Positions 29,850-37,369 of a stretch of DNA of 64,000 nt are shown piece by piece. The translations under genes were made by a program, and so were the position numbers. The notes under the pieces are model-generated. The model was not told the DNA's origin, did no database searches, and worked only from the letters and a program-made list of their open reading frames with translations. Each line of letters begins with the position of its first letter. The stretch's first letter is position 1. Source of the stretch: Nanobdellota archaeon (GTDB taxonomy: Archaea; Nanobdellota; Nanobdellia; Woesearchaeales; GW2011-AR4); the NCBI GenBank assembly GCA_038046385.1, contig JBBSWH010000006.1, forward strand, positions 96,001-160,000. Direction: 5' to 3'.

Positions 29850-29922
29850 AATAATATAGGCTGTCGTCGCTTCGCTCCTCGTCGGACACCCCGTAAGGGA
29901 CAACCCCCGTCCGACCAGCCAT
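29850..29922 (+). repeat. 73-bp GC-rich structured element family C, copy 1
   Basis: 72/73 identical to the reverse complement of 47101-47173; GGCTG/CAGCC and GTCGGAC/GTCCGAC stems. Confidence 0.9.
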
Positions 29923-29933
29923 TACGGACGCTG

Positions 29934-29966
29934 ACCACTGGACATCTTCGCATGAAATATATAAAG
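29934..29966 (+). promoter_or_regulatory. R-box copy 1 (ACCACTGGACAT-N7-BRE/TATA)
   Basis: ACCACTGGACATCTTCGCATGAAATATATAAAG; ATG 55 nt from the motif start. Confidence 0.8.
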
Positions 29967-29988
29967 GGATTCTTACATCAGGAAACAG

Positions 29989-30285
29989 ATGATTGTCAAA
30001 AAGAGTGACTACATAAAGTATAGCCATATAATGGTAAAGAAGCTATACAAATCTACATGTTTTGGAAAAGGATCCATGTACGAGGATAATGTGATCTCAG
30101 GACTGCCTGACGCCAAGATAGCAAAACAAGTCCTTAACGCTTTGGTGAAGCAGGAGATATGCGTCCGCAAGAAAAAGGAGCATGGCTGGAAATATTATCT
30201 CAACATGGACAGGCTAGACAAGATAAAAGAAATTGCAAAAGAAACGAGCATAAACACTATACTGATGCTCATATTAGGTATATGA
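29989..30285 (+). CDS. Small basic hypothetical protein (probable wHTH), paralog 1
   Basis: Paralog of 31098-31403 (shared CFGKGS and KKKEHGWKYYLNMDRLDKIKEI). Confidence 0.75.
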   Translation: MIVKKSDYIKYSHIMVKKLYKSTCFGKGSMYEDNVISGLPDAKIAKQVLNALVKQEICVRKKKEHGWKYYLNMDRLDKIKEIAKETSINTILMLILGI

Positions 30286-30327
30286 AAATATCCCTTATGG
30301 TATAAATAGAAAACCTTATATAATACA

Positions 30328-30705
30328 ATGGAATACACAGAAGATATGGAAAGATCAGTATTTTTGGAAAAGGAAGGAGATACTCCAAAGAATAGGTTAC
30401 TGGATTTTTTTGTTGTTTACTCCGATTTTGACTATTCTTTGAAAGATATAGCCAAACTTTCCAAAGTTAGTTACCCTTACATCAAGACGCACAAGAAAGG
30501 CCTTCTCAAGAACAAATGGATAGTCTTGACAAGAAATGTAGGGAAGGCGCAGATGTACAAATTAAATTTGAAAAGCAAGGTCGTGAAGAAATTCATAGAG
30601 TACTACTGGGCTGTTGTTGACGAAGCTGTGGAAGAGGAGCTTGGGATTAAGAACAAACATAGAAGTTATGCACCTCAGGTTGCTGTTTCTGCTAAGAATT
30701 TGTAG
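30328..30705 (+). CDS. Winged-helix DNA-binding protein, paralog 1
   Basis: SVFL..EGDTPKNR..F....DYS.KDIA..SKV.Y, TR.VGKA.MYKLN; paralog of 31510-31869. Confidence 0.8.
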   Translation: MEYTEDMERSVFLEKEGDTPKNRLLDFFVVYSDFDYSLKDIAKLSKVSYPYIKTHKKGLLKNKWIVLTRNVGKAQMYKLNLKSKVVKKFIEYYWAVVDEAVEEELGIKNKHRSYAPQVAVSAKNL

Positions 30706-30710
30706 ATTAT

Positions 30711-30743
30711 ACCACTGGACATGCTCGCGTGAAATATTTAAAG
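30711..30743 (+). promoter_or_regulatory. R-box copy 2
   Basis: ACCACTGGACATGCTCGCGTGAAATATTTAAAG, 5 nt after the upstream stop codon. Confidence 0.8.
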
Positions 30744-30811
30744 GGTATTTACAATTCTATTAAGATGAAAAGCAAAAAATTTATATATCAAAGATATATA
30801 TCAGTGATATA

Positions 30812-31090
30812 TCTCTGTTGTTGATGTGGTTGAAGCTCTTACAAACAGTTCTATTCCAAGAAGGTACTGGTCAGATTTAAAATCACAGCTTAAAGAGCAG
30901 GGTTTTGAGTTGTACGAAAAAATTGTACAACTGAAATTGCCGGCAGAAGATGGAAAATTCTATGAAACAGATTGCGCTAATACAGAATCAATGTTCAGAA
31001 TTGTTCAGTCTATCCCATCCAAGAAAGCAGAGCCTTTCAAGCTATGGCTGGCGCAAGTAGGATATGAAAGAGTGCAGGAGATAGAAAACT
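30812..31090 (+). pseudogene. Bro-N domain (phage antirepressor-like) gene fragment
   Basis: SVVDVVEALT..PRRYW..QLKLPAEDGKFYETDCAN..RIVQSIPSKKAEPFKLWLAQVGYER; 5' end missing, 3' end cut after EIEN. Confidence 0.75.
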
Positions 31091-31097
31091 TCTTAGA

Positions 31098-31403
31098 TTA
31101 TAACAGAAGTAATATTGGAATAATTGAATTATTTCCTTTTTCTTTTAGTATTTCTTTGATTTTATCTAATCTATCCATGTTTAAGTAGTATTTCCATCCG
31201 TGTTCTTTTTTCTTTTTGCCGCAGATGTTTTGTTTTACAAGTGCTTCCAGCACAGTCTCAACTTTGTCCAGATCTTCTTTTGATATTCCTGATTTTAAAA
31301 CATGGATGTAAGCAGAACCTTTTCCAAAACAGTTTTCATCAAAAAGCTTTTTTACTGTTGTTCTGCTTATTCTTATATACTCACTTTTCTTTACCTTGAC
31401 CAT
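31098..31403 (-). CDS. Small basic hypothetical protein, paralog 2 (inverted relative to its wHTH partner)
   Basis: Paralog of 29989-30285; start adjusted to MVKVKK. Confidence 0.75.
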   Translation of the reverse strand: MVKVKKSEYIRISRTTVKKLFDENCFGKGSAYIHVLKSGISKEDLDKVETVLEALVKQNICGKKKKEHGWKYYLNMDRLDKIKEILKEKGNNSIIPILLLL

Positions 31404-31509
31404 TGGAATGGCAATCACGAAATAATATATAAATATGTGGTCTGAATTTAGTCCCTTATGGGTCTAAATAGAAACCTTTAAATATTCATCATAATATACT
31501 ATCTTTACG

Positions 31510-31869
31510 ATGACAAAATCAGTATTTTTACAGGAAGAAGGCGACACGCCTAAAAACAGGATATGGAGTTTTTTAATAATTCATTCGGAATATGATTATT
31601 CAATGAAGGATATTGCACGATACTCAAAAGTAGGGTACACCACACTGAAAGGGATGTGGAAAGAATTCAATGGAAAAAAGATAGTAATTCAGACAAGATC
31701 TGTTGGAAAAGCAAAAATGTACAAACTCAACATGAAAAATCCTGTTGTAAGCAAATTCATAGACTACTATTGGGCTGTGGTTGAGTCTGTAGTTGAGAAA
31801 GGCCTTGATATTAAGGACAATCACTATAGTTCATCTCCAGGTGTGGCTGTTTCTGCTAGGAATGTTTAG
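31510..31869 (+). CDS. Winged-helix DNA-binding protein, paralog 2
   Basis: Paralog of 30328-30705, including the VAVSA(K/R)N tail. Confidence 0.8.
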   Translation: MTKSVFLQEEGDTPKNRIWSFLIIHSEYDYSMKDIARYSKVGYTTLKGMWKEFNGKKIVIQTRSVGKAKMYKLNMKNPVVSKFIDYYWAVVESVVEKGLDIKDNHYSSSPGVAVSARNV

Positions 31870-31872
31870 GAT

Positions 31873-31884
31873 ACCACTGGACAT
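31873..31884 (+). promoter_or_regulatory. R-box copy 3 (core intact, TATA part degenerate)
   Basis: ACCACTGGACAT 3 nt after the wHTH stop; downstream AAGGGTATGTACAA resembles copy 2. Confidence 0.7.
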
Positions 31885-31935
31885 TTATTGATGTGGTGTT
31901 TTGTCAAGGGTATGTACAAATTGTACCAATCATTT

Positions 31936-31982
31936 AGTTATCGACATTTTGTCGACAACTGAAACCGGCAGCTTCTGATGGG
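31936..31982 (+). pseudogene. Very short Bro-N remnant
   Basis: Translates LSTFCRQLKPAASDG, aligning with LYEKIVQLKLPAEDG and LSQIWVQLKLPAEDG of the other two copies. Confidence 0.55.
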
Positions 31983-31999
31983 TAGAAAACCCTACAAAT

Positions 32000-32032
32000 A
32001 CCACTGGACATCCTCGCGTGAAATATATAAAG
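32000..32032 (+). promoter_or_regulatory. R-box copy 4
   Basis: ACCACTGGACATCCTCGCGTGAAATATATAAAG; begins a ~114-bp block shared with copy 2. Confidence 0.8.
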
Positions 32033-32116
32033 GGATTCTGCAGTTCTATTATTATGAAAAGCAAAAAATTTATATATCAAAGGTATATATCAGTGATATA
32101 TCTTTGTTGGTGACAG

Positions 32117-32392
32117 ATGAGGATCACCTACAAAGGGAAGCCGATATTCCCAACCAGGACTGCGCTGGACGAGCTGGATGCTGTCGGAATTGACTTGCTT
32201 CAGGCAGCCGCTATACTGGAGCAGGGGTTTGAGATAAGAAAAAGATCCTCTAATATGATAGAAAGAGGAGTTCAAAAAGGAAAGAAAATAATAAATGTTG
32301 TTGGAGTGGACATGGGAGGCTACGTGAAGCTGATACATGCCGGCGCTTTTACATCCAGCAGCAAATTCAGGAGGCTTAAAGATGGACTTTGA
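32117..32392 (+). CDS. Putative RelE/BrnT/DUF4258-like toxin
   Basis: 91-aa ORF with GGTGA SD; T..A..E helix then beta strands ending KLIHAG; overlaps the start of a Zn-ribbon/AbrB gene. Confidence 0.5.
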   Translation: MRITYKGKPIFPTRTALDELDAVGIDLLQAAAILEQGFEIRKRSSNMIERGVQKGKKIINVVGVDMGGYVKLIHAGAFTSSSKFRRLKDGL

Positions 32393-32702
32393 CAATATGA
32401 AGATGAGATGTGAATGCAGCGGAAGGATGGAGAAGATATCCACAGAGTGGAAAGGCATACCTGTAAGGGGATGGAGATGCACAAAATGCAAAGAAGAAGT
32501 TTTGAATCCTTTGGATGCGCAGAAGGCGCTTGAGATGGAAAAAGCAAGAAAGAAGAATCTGCTTACTGTCAAATTAAGGAAAGTTGGCAAGAGCAGTGTT
32601 GTAACAGTCCCATTACCGATAATGGAAATGGAATCTCTCAAGGACGGCCAGAAGATGGAATGGAAAGTAGAGTCAGGCAAACTCATTCTGATGCCGGTTT
32701 AG
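32382..32702 (+). CDS. Zn-ribbon + AbrB-domain putative antitoxin
   Basis: CECSG...C.KC.E zinc ribbon followed by KLRKVGKSSVVTVP AbrB motif. Confidence 0.7.
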   Translation: MDFDNMKMRCECSGRMEKISTEWKGIPVRGWRCTKCKEEVLNPLDAQKALEMEKARKKNLLTVKLRKVGKSSVVTVPLPIMEMESLKDGQKMEWKVESGKLILMPV

Positions 32703-32713
32703 AATGAAATTAT

Positions 32714-32746
32714 ACCACTGGACATCTTCAGGTGAAATATTTAAAG
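32714..32746 (+). promoter_or_regulatory. R-box copy 5
   Basis: ACCACTGGACATCTTCAGGTGAAATATTTAAAG; ATG of Bro-N 54 nt from the motif start. Confidence 0.8.
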
Positions 32747-32767
32747 GAGAACTGCATATACAATCTT

Positions 32768-33112
32768 ATGAATGAAGAAAACGCTTTGGTTGTCTTTCAG
32801 GACAAGAAAATAAGGAGGATATGGCACAATAATGAGTGGTATTTCTCGGTTGTTGATATAATTGAAGCCCTAACCGACAGCCCAACTCCTAGACAGTATT
32901 GGGGCAAAGTAAAAGACAGGGAATTTGTAAAACTTGGGTTGTCCCAAATTTGGGTACAACTGAAATTGCCGGCAGAAGATGGAAAATTCTATGAAACAGA
33001 TTGCGCTAATACAGAATCAATGTTCAGAATTGTTCAGTCTATCCCATCCAAGAAAGCAGAGCCTTTCAAGCTATGGCTGGCGCAAGTAGGATATGAAATG
33101 GTTTATGTTTGA
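32768..33112 (+). CDS. Bro-N domain protein, C-terminally truncated
   Basis: FQDKKIRRIW...WYFSVVDII.ALT, QSIPSKKAEPFKLWLAQVGYE, then an abrupt stop. Confidence 0.8.
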   Translation: MNEENALVVFQDKKIRRIWHNNEWYFSVVDIIEALTDSPTPRQYWGKVKDREFVKLGLSQIWVQLKLPAEDGKFYETDCANTESMFRIVQSIPSKKAEPFKLWLAQVGYEMVYV

Positions 33113-33134
33113 TTGATCTGAAATTATTCTTCTG

Positions 33135-33674
33135 TTATTTTTTGCCGATTTTTTCTCCACCTGTAAGGATTAAGGAAATTTTTCCGACAAATTTCACAGC
33201 ATTATCATAAATCTCACTGAGCCTTCTTTCGGTGTATGTCTTAATTGCAGAATATCTTGCAATATAACTTTCTGTTTTTGCATCTTCAAAATATTTCACA
33301 TATTCATCTTCAAAAATTTTGTAGGATTGGCTCAAAAGCTCCAAATCCTCTTTTTCTATTTCTCCCGGCACAAGCAAATGCCCCAATGCTATTTGGGCAG
33401 AGTCGTGATCTTTTACCTCATAGCCTTTGGAGAGGATAGCTGCTTTTGCAGCATACAGCATTGAATAATAGGAAATTGTAATTGCCCAATAATCCCAATA
33501 TATCTTTTTGGGCTGGTCTTTGTTTGGCTGCAATTCTTTAGCATGCTTTGCTATAAGCAGGCTGTTTTCTGCTTTTTCCAGAAATAATTTTATTTTAAAC
33601 GACTGGCCGGATTTGACTATTCTATTTTCCCTCAAAAATTCCGCAAACTGCTTTTTGTAATCTTCCTTACCCAT
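33135..33674 (-). CDS. HEPN domain protein
   Basis: FLEKAENSL..A, W.....YYSMLYAAKAAILSKG...KDH. Confidence 0.8.
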   Translation of the reverse strand: MGKEDYKKQFAEFLRENRIVKSGQSFKIKLFLEKAENSLLIAKHAKELQPNKDQPKKIYWDYWAITISYYSMLYAAKAAILSKGYEVKDHDSAQIALGHLLVPGEIEKEDLELLSQSYKIFEDEYVKYFEDAKTESYIARYSAIKTYTERRLSEIYDNAVKFVGKISLILTGGEKIGKK

Positions 33675-34233
33675 TTAGCACCAGCTCCCAGAACTTTTCA
33701 GGATTATTTAAGATTATGTGGTTAGCTAACACCTGTTTTCCCACGTTTTCTTCTTTTTCTTTCATCATCTGGTTAAATTCTTTTTCTGTTATGAATATTG
33801 GGTTTATTTTTTTCCTGAACATCATCTCATATCTGGAAAAAGACAACGACCTGCTTCCATCTTTGTTTATTATCATCAGGTCTACGTCGCTTTTTTCATT
33901 TTCTGTTTTCTTCGCATAGCTCCCAAACAGGATTACTATATCATTTGACTCTATTTCAGATGCTATTTTTGAGATTAACGGTGTTTTTTTTAAGAATTCT
34001 TTTTTTTCTTCTTCAGATGATATTGCCAGATATGGCTTGATTATTGGGATGATGTTCAATTCTATTAAAATTGCTTTTCCTGCTTTTTCTTTTGTGATTA
34101 AGCCAGACATCTTGCTGATTGTCCTGTGGAACGTTGCATAAGGAATACGGATTAAATTGCTTAATTCATGCATTGTGAACAATTTTCCAATATTCTTTCC
34201 CAGATAATTTATTATTTTTAACTTATTATCCAT
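33667..34233 (-). CDS. wHTH + minimal nucleotidyltransferase (MNT)
   Basis: ILFGSYAK......SDVDLMII; overlaps the HEPN gene. Confidence 0.88.
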   Translation of the reverse strand: MDNKLKIINYLGKNIGKLFTMHELSNLIRIPYATFHRTISKMSGLITKEKAGKAILIELNIIPIIKPYLAISSEEEKKEFLKKTPLISKIASEIESNDIVILFGSYAKKTENEKSDVDLMIINKDGSRSLSFSRYEMMFRKKINPIFITEKEFNQMMKEKEENVGKQVLANHIILNNPEKFWELVLNG

Positions 34234-34280
34234 TTTTAGATAATATTATCCATATTTGATATATAAAGTTATCGGTTGAT

Positions 34281-34313
34281 ACCACTGGACATCCCCGCGT
34301 GAAGTTTATAAAG
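34281..34313 (+). promoter_or_regulatory. R-box copy 6
   Basis: ACCACTGGACATCCCCGCGTGAAGTTTATAAAG. Confidence 0.8.
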
Positions 34314-34342
34314 GAGCTGTCCCTTACTATATCTAACCAGTT

Positions 34343-34380
34343 AAAGTACGAAAAGTTTATAAATACGTAAAACGTACTTT
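34343..34380 (+). promoter_or_regulatory. AbrB-PIN operon promoter with flanking operator-like inverted repeat
   Basis: AAAGTACG...CGTACTTT bracketing GAAAAGTTTATAAATA. Confidence 0.6.
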
Positions 34381-34383
34381 GAT

Positions 34384-34653
34384 ATGGTGATTATAATGAG
34401 GATGGAAACAGCTAAAATGTCAGAAAGGGGCCAGATAATAATCCCAAAGGAGATAAGGGAAGAAGTCGGAGCTTCAACAGATTCTATCTTTGCAGTCAGT
34501 ACTCTTGATAAAGATACTATTGTGATGAGGAAGATTGACCGGGATGCCTTGGTTGAAGAATTCAGGCGCATAAGAAGCAGGACAAAAAAGATGTCTCCAG
34601 CCCAGATTGAGGCAGAGATACATGCATACAGAAAAGAGAAGAGTAGTTCTTGA
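34384..34653 (+). CDS. AbrB/MazE-family antitoxin
   Basis: KMSERGQIIIPKEIREEVG. Confidence 0.88.
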   Translation: MVIIMRMETAKMSERGQIIIPKEIREEVGASTDSIFAVSTLDKDTIVMRKIDRDALVEEFRRIRSRTKKMSPAQIEAEIHAYRKEKSSS

Positions 34654-35029
34654 TACCAATATTGTAATATCGGCATTTATCTCTCCATTTGGGGCTGCAG
34701 CGCAGATATTTGAGATGTTTTTGGAAGGCAATATCATAAATTATACTTCTGAAGAGATACTCCAAGAGGCAGAAGAGGTTATTCACAGGCTAGAATTTAC
34801 TGAGTATATTGCTGATAAAAAATTCATGATTGATAATCTTAGAAAGTTATCATTGATTATAAATGTAACATCAAATGAAATGATTGTTAGGGAAGACCCT
34901 GCAGATGATAAAATTGTAAATTGCGCTCTTGATGCCGGAGCAGATATTGTATCCTGGGACAATCATCTTCTTAAGCTGAAGAAGTTTAGGAATGTTAAGA
35001 TAATTAGCCCGAAGGAGTTTCTTTTATGA
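34622..35029 (+). CDS. PIN-domain (VapC-like) toxin
   Basis: VVLDTNIVISA, DPADDKIVNCA, IVSWD.HLL. Confidence 0.9.
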   Translation: MHTEKRRVVLDTNIVISAFISPFGAAAQIFEMFLEGNIINYTSEEILQEAEEVIHRLEFTEYIADKKFMIDNLRKLSLIINVTSNEMIVREDPADDKIVNCALDAGADIVSWDNHLLKLKKFRNVKIISPKEFLL

Positions 35030-35097
35030 AAATAAAGGATATTTCACTTTCTCAAAGGCCAAGGGAGAGGATGAAGAAGGTTAATTTTTTATATTAA
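35026..35097 (+). pseudogene. radC: RadC (UPF0758) N-terminal fragment
   Basis: Manual translation MKIKDISLSQRPRERMKK matches the RadC N-terminal RPRE motif; cut at the DUF2075 gene end. Confidence 0.65.
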
Positions 35098-36967
35098 ATT
35101 TGTCTAATCTTTCTTGTATATAATTACTCAAATTTTTATCGCAGCAATAAACATAACACCCTTTTTGCCCCCTAGTCATTAAAGTTCTATAAGTATTTTT
35201 TATAATTTCATCTGCAATTTTATTTGCTTTATCTTGATTTTCTTTTGCTATCCTTTTAATTCCTTTTAGCGACTGGTCTGTTTTTGCACGTTTTGTATAA
35301 TCAGTTATAATCTTTCCATTTTCATATCTTAAATCCAATCCTATGATTATTCCTACATAATCAAACTCCAATCCTTGAGAGGTGTGAATACACCCTATTT
35401 CGTTTATAGATTCTTTATCTATTGCCCAAGTTGTTGTGTTACCTAAATTCCAACTCATTGAAAAATTGAATTCTTTAATGTTTATGTCATGAACTGTACT
35501 TTTATTTTTACCTTCCATATTCCAATCCCAACAATATCCTGCCAATAATCTAGATTTATTATTTATATTATTTTTTTCTATAATAATATTTTTTAGCTTA
35601 TTTGGGTCATCAACAACTTTAAATTCATACTCTTTTTCAAATCCATCTGAGTTAGCAGTTTCTCGTATTCCTAACAAATCATCTAACCATGCTAAGTATC
35701 CGTCTGATCCATTACATCTAAACTGGGAATTTAATTCAAGAATTTTAACCTCAGCATCAAACAAAGAAGTGTATTTTATTATTTCTGATTTTCTTCCTAT
35801 ATCAAAAATATCTACTTTTTGCCCTTCGTCAATAAAAAATACACTAAACTTTGAAGCATTAATAATTTCTTTTATTTGATTCTCTCCTAAATTTTTGAAT
35901 AATCCTGACTTTTCATTCAGCCTGTGTGCTTCATCTACAACTAAGGCATCAAAAACGTTTTTATCACAATCGTGAAAGAATCCAGAACTCTTGAATAAAT
36001 TATCTATATGGGATTTAGTGGTTGTTCCTCTTAATTTAGAAGCATAAACATTTCTAGGTGCAGAATTCTTTGATATATAATGCACAACCATATCCTTACT
36101 AGTTAATTTGACTAATAAATTAACAGCCAAAACTGATTTTCCAGTTCCTGGTCCGCCTTCAACTATCATCACTCTTTTTTTGTGGTCATTAAAGGACTTA
36201 AGTGCCATAGACATTACTTCTTCATAGACTACTTTTTGGTCATCTATCAGGGTAAACTCATCTTTTCCTTTCAATAAATTTACTAATGAATCTTGTAGGG
36301 TTTTTGATGGCTTTAACCTACCATGATCTATCTGATACAGGGAATATTTATTGTCACCATATTTTATGAATTTAGAAATAAATTTTCTAAGTTTCAAAAC
36401 TTCTCCTTTTGTGTATATTGGGGCTTTTTCAATATAATAAGAATATATTGGATCTTCAATTTCTGGATTTTTCTCCCTATCGAGATTATGTAAGAAAGCG
36501 CAAGGGTAAACCCCAATATTCTCTTTTTGAACGTTTTCATTAAAGTCTTTGATTAGATTATGATAAGACCAAACTTGATAGGATGGGTGTGTTGATTCGT
36601 GAAGTCCCTTTCCCAATGGAGTCATAACTATTGCGTCTTTCCCTTCTACTTTGTGTACTTCATCCCATCTTTTTAATTCTATTATAACTACTAGATTTGA
36701 TTTGTTTTCATCTTTACCAGAAATAATAAAATCAACTCTTTTACTGGTTGATGGGATACGAAATTCAATAGCTATCCCACAACTATTTGGGATTTCTTCT
36801 GCTTGAACCACTTTATACATATATTGCATAGAATCTGACCAAGAACTTATCTCTTTTTTGGATATGTTTCCTATTTTTTGTTGATAATTTGAATATATCT
36901 CATCTGATATTGTATCATTTAACACAGAGCTACAAAATTCACTTTTTGTTCCTTCATATACTAGCAT
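35081..36967 (-). CDS. DUF2075 (Schlafen group 3-like) helicase with N-terminal nuclease-like domain
   Basis: IEF..P...KRVD..I...ELK.W, GGPGTGKS, VDEAHRL, SQFRC.GS, IHTSQGLEFDY, YRTLMTRG. Confidence 0.88.
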   Translation of the reverse strand: MLVYEGTKSEFCSSVLNDTISDEIYSNYQQKIGNISKKEISSWSDSMQYMYKVVQAEEIPNSCGIAIEFRIPSTSKRVDFIISGKDENKSNLVVIIELKRWDEVHKVEGKDAIVMTPLGKGLHESTHPSYQVWSYHNLIKDFNENVQKENIGVYPCAFLHNLDREKNPEIEDPIYSYYIEKAPIYTKGEVLKLRKFISKFIKYGDNKYSLYQIDHGRLKPSKTLQDSLVNLLKGKDEFTLIDDQKVVYEEVMSMALKSFNDHKKRVMIVEGGPGTGKSVLAVNLLVKLTSKDMVVHYISKNSAPRNVYASKLRGTTTKSHIDNLFKSSGFFHDCDKNVFDALVVDEAHRLNEKSGLFKNLGENQIKEIINASKFSVFFIDEGQKVDIFDIGRKSEIIKYTSLFDAEVKILELNSQFRCNGSDGYLAWLDDLLGIRETANSDGFEKEYEFKVVDDPNKLKNIIIEKNNINNKSRLLAGYCWDWNMEGKNKSTVHDINIKEFNFSMSWNLGNTTTWAIDKESINEIGCIHTSQGLEFDYVGIIIGLDLRYENGKIITDYTKRAKTDQSLKGIKRIAKENQDKANKIADEIIKNTYRTLMTRGQKGCYVYCCDKNLSNYIQERLDKFNIKN

Positions 36968-36969
36968 AG

Positions 36970-37326
36970 TTATAGTTCATTATATTTTTTATTTGATCCT
37001 TTTGATTTTTCTATTGGGTATTTTTCAGAATTCTTCTTTAATTTTTTATTTAATTCCTCACTTAAATTGATATCGTACTTTTGTGCAATTCTTAAAACAA
37101 AATAAAAAATATCACTTAACTCTTCAGAAATCTCGTTTTTCTTTGTTTTGATTATGTGTTCAGATTCTTCGTTAGATTTAAATCTAAAATGTTCTAATAA
37201 TTCAGATGATTCAGTAATAATCCCTATTGCTAAATCTTTAGGGTTATGAAATTTATCCCAATCTCTATCAACACAAAATTTTTTAACTTTGTTTTTCAAG
37301 TCATCTACTGTGGTTTTTGAATCCAT
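36970..37326 (-). CDS. MazG-like nucleotide pyrophosphohydrolase
   Basis: RDW.KFHNPKDLA...E..ELLE.F, EELSD, N.EKYP. Confidence 0.9.
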   Translation of the reverse strand: MDSKTTVDDLKNKVKKFCVDRDWDKFHNPKDLAIGIITESSELLEHFRFKSNEESEHIIKTKKNEISEELSDIFYFVLRIAQKYDINLSEELNKKLKKNSEKYPIEKSKGSNKKYNEL

Positions 37327-37369
37327 CTCTAGTAATTTCTTTATGTTTCTTAATAAACTTTACCCACCT

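Noticed and set aside
29934-34313. R-box repeats as a CRISPR array
   Set aside because: Spacing is irregular (0.1-1.6 kb) and filled with genes, the repeat includes a TATA box, and there is no cas operon.
29934-34313. R-box repeats as classical integron attC sites
   Set aside because: No RYYYAAC/GTTRRRY ends or long imperfect hairpin, and no tyrosine integrase in the window.
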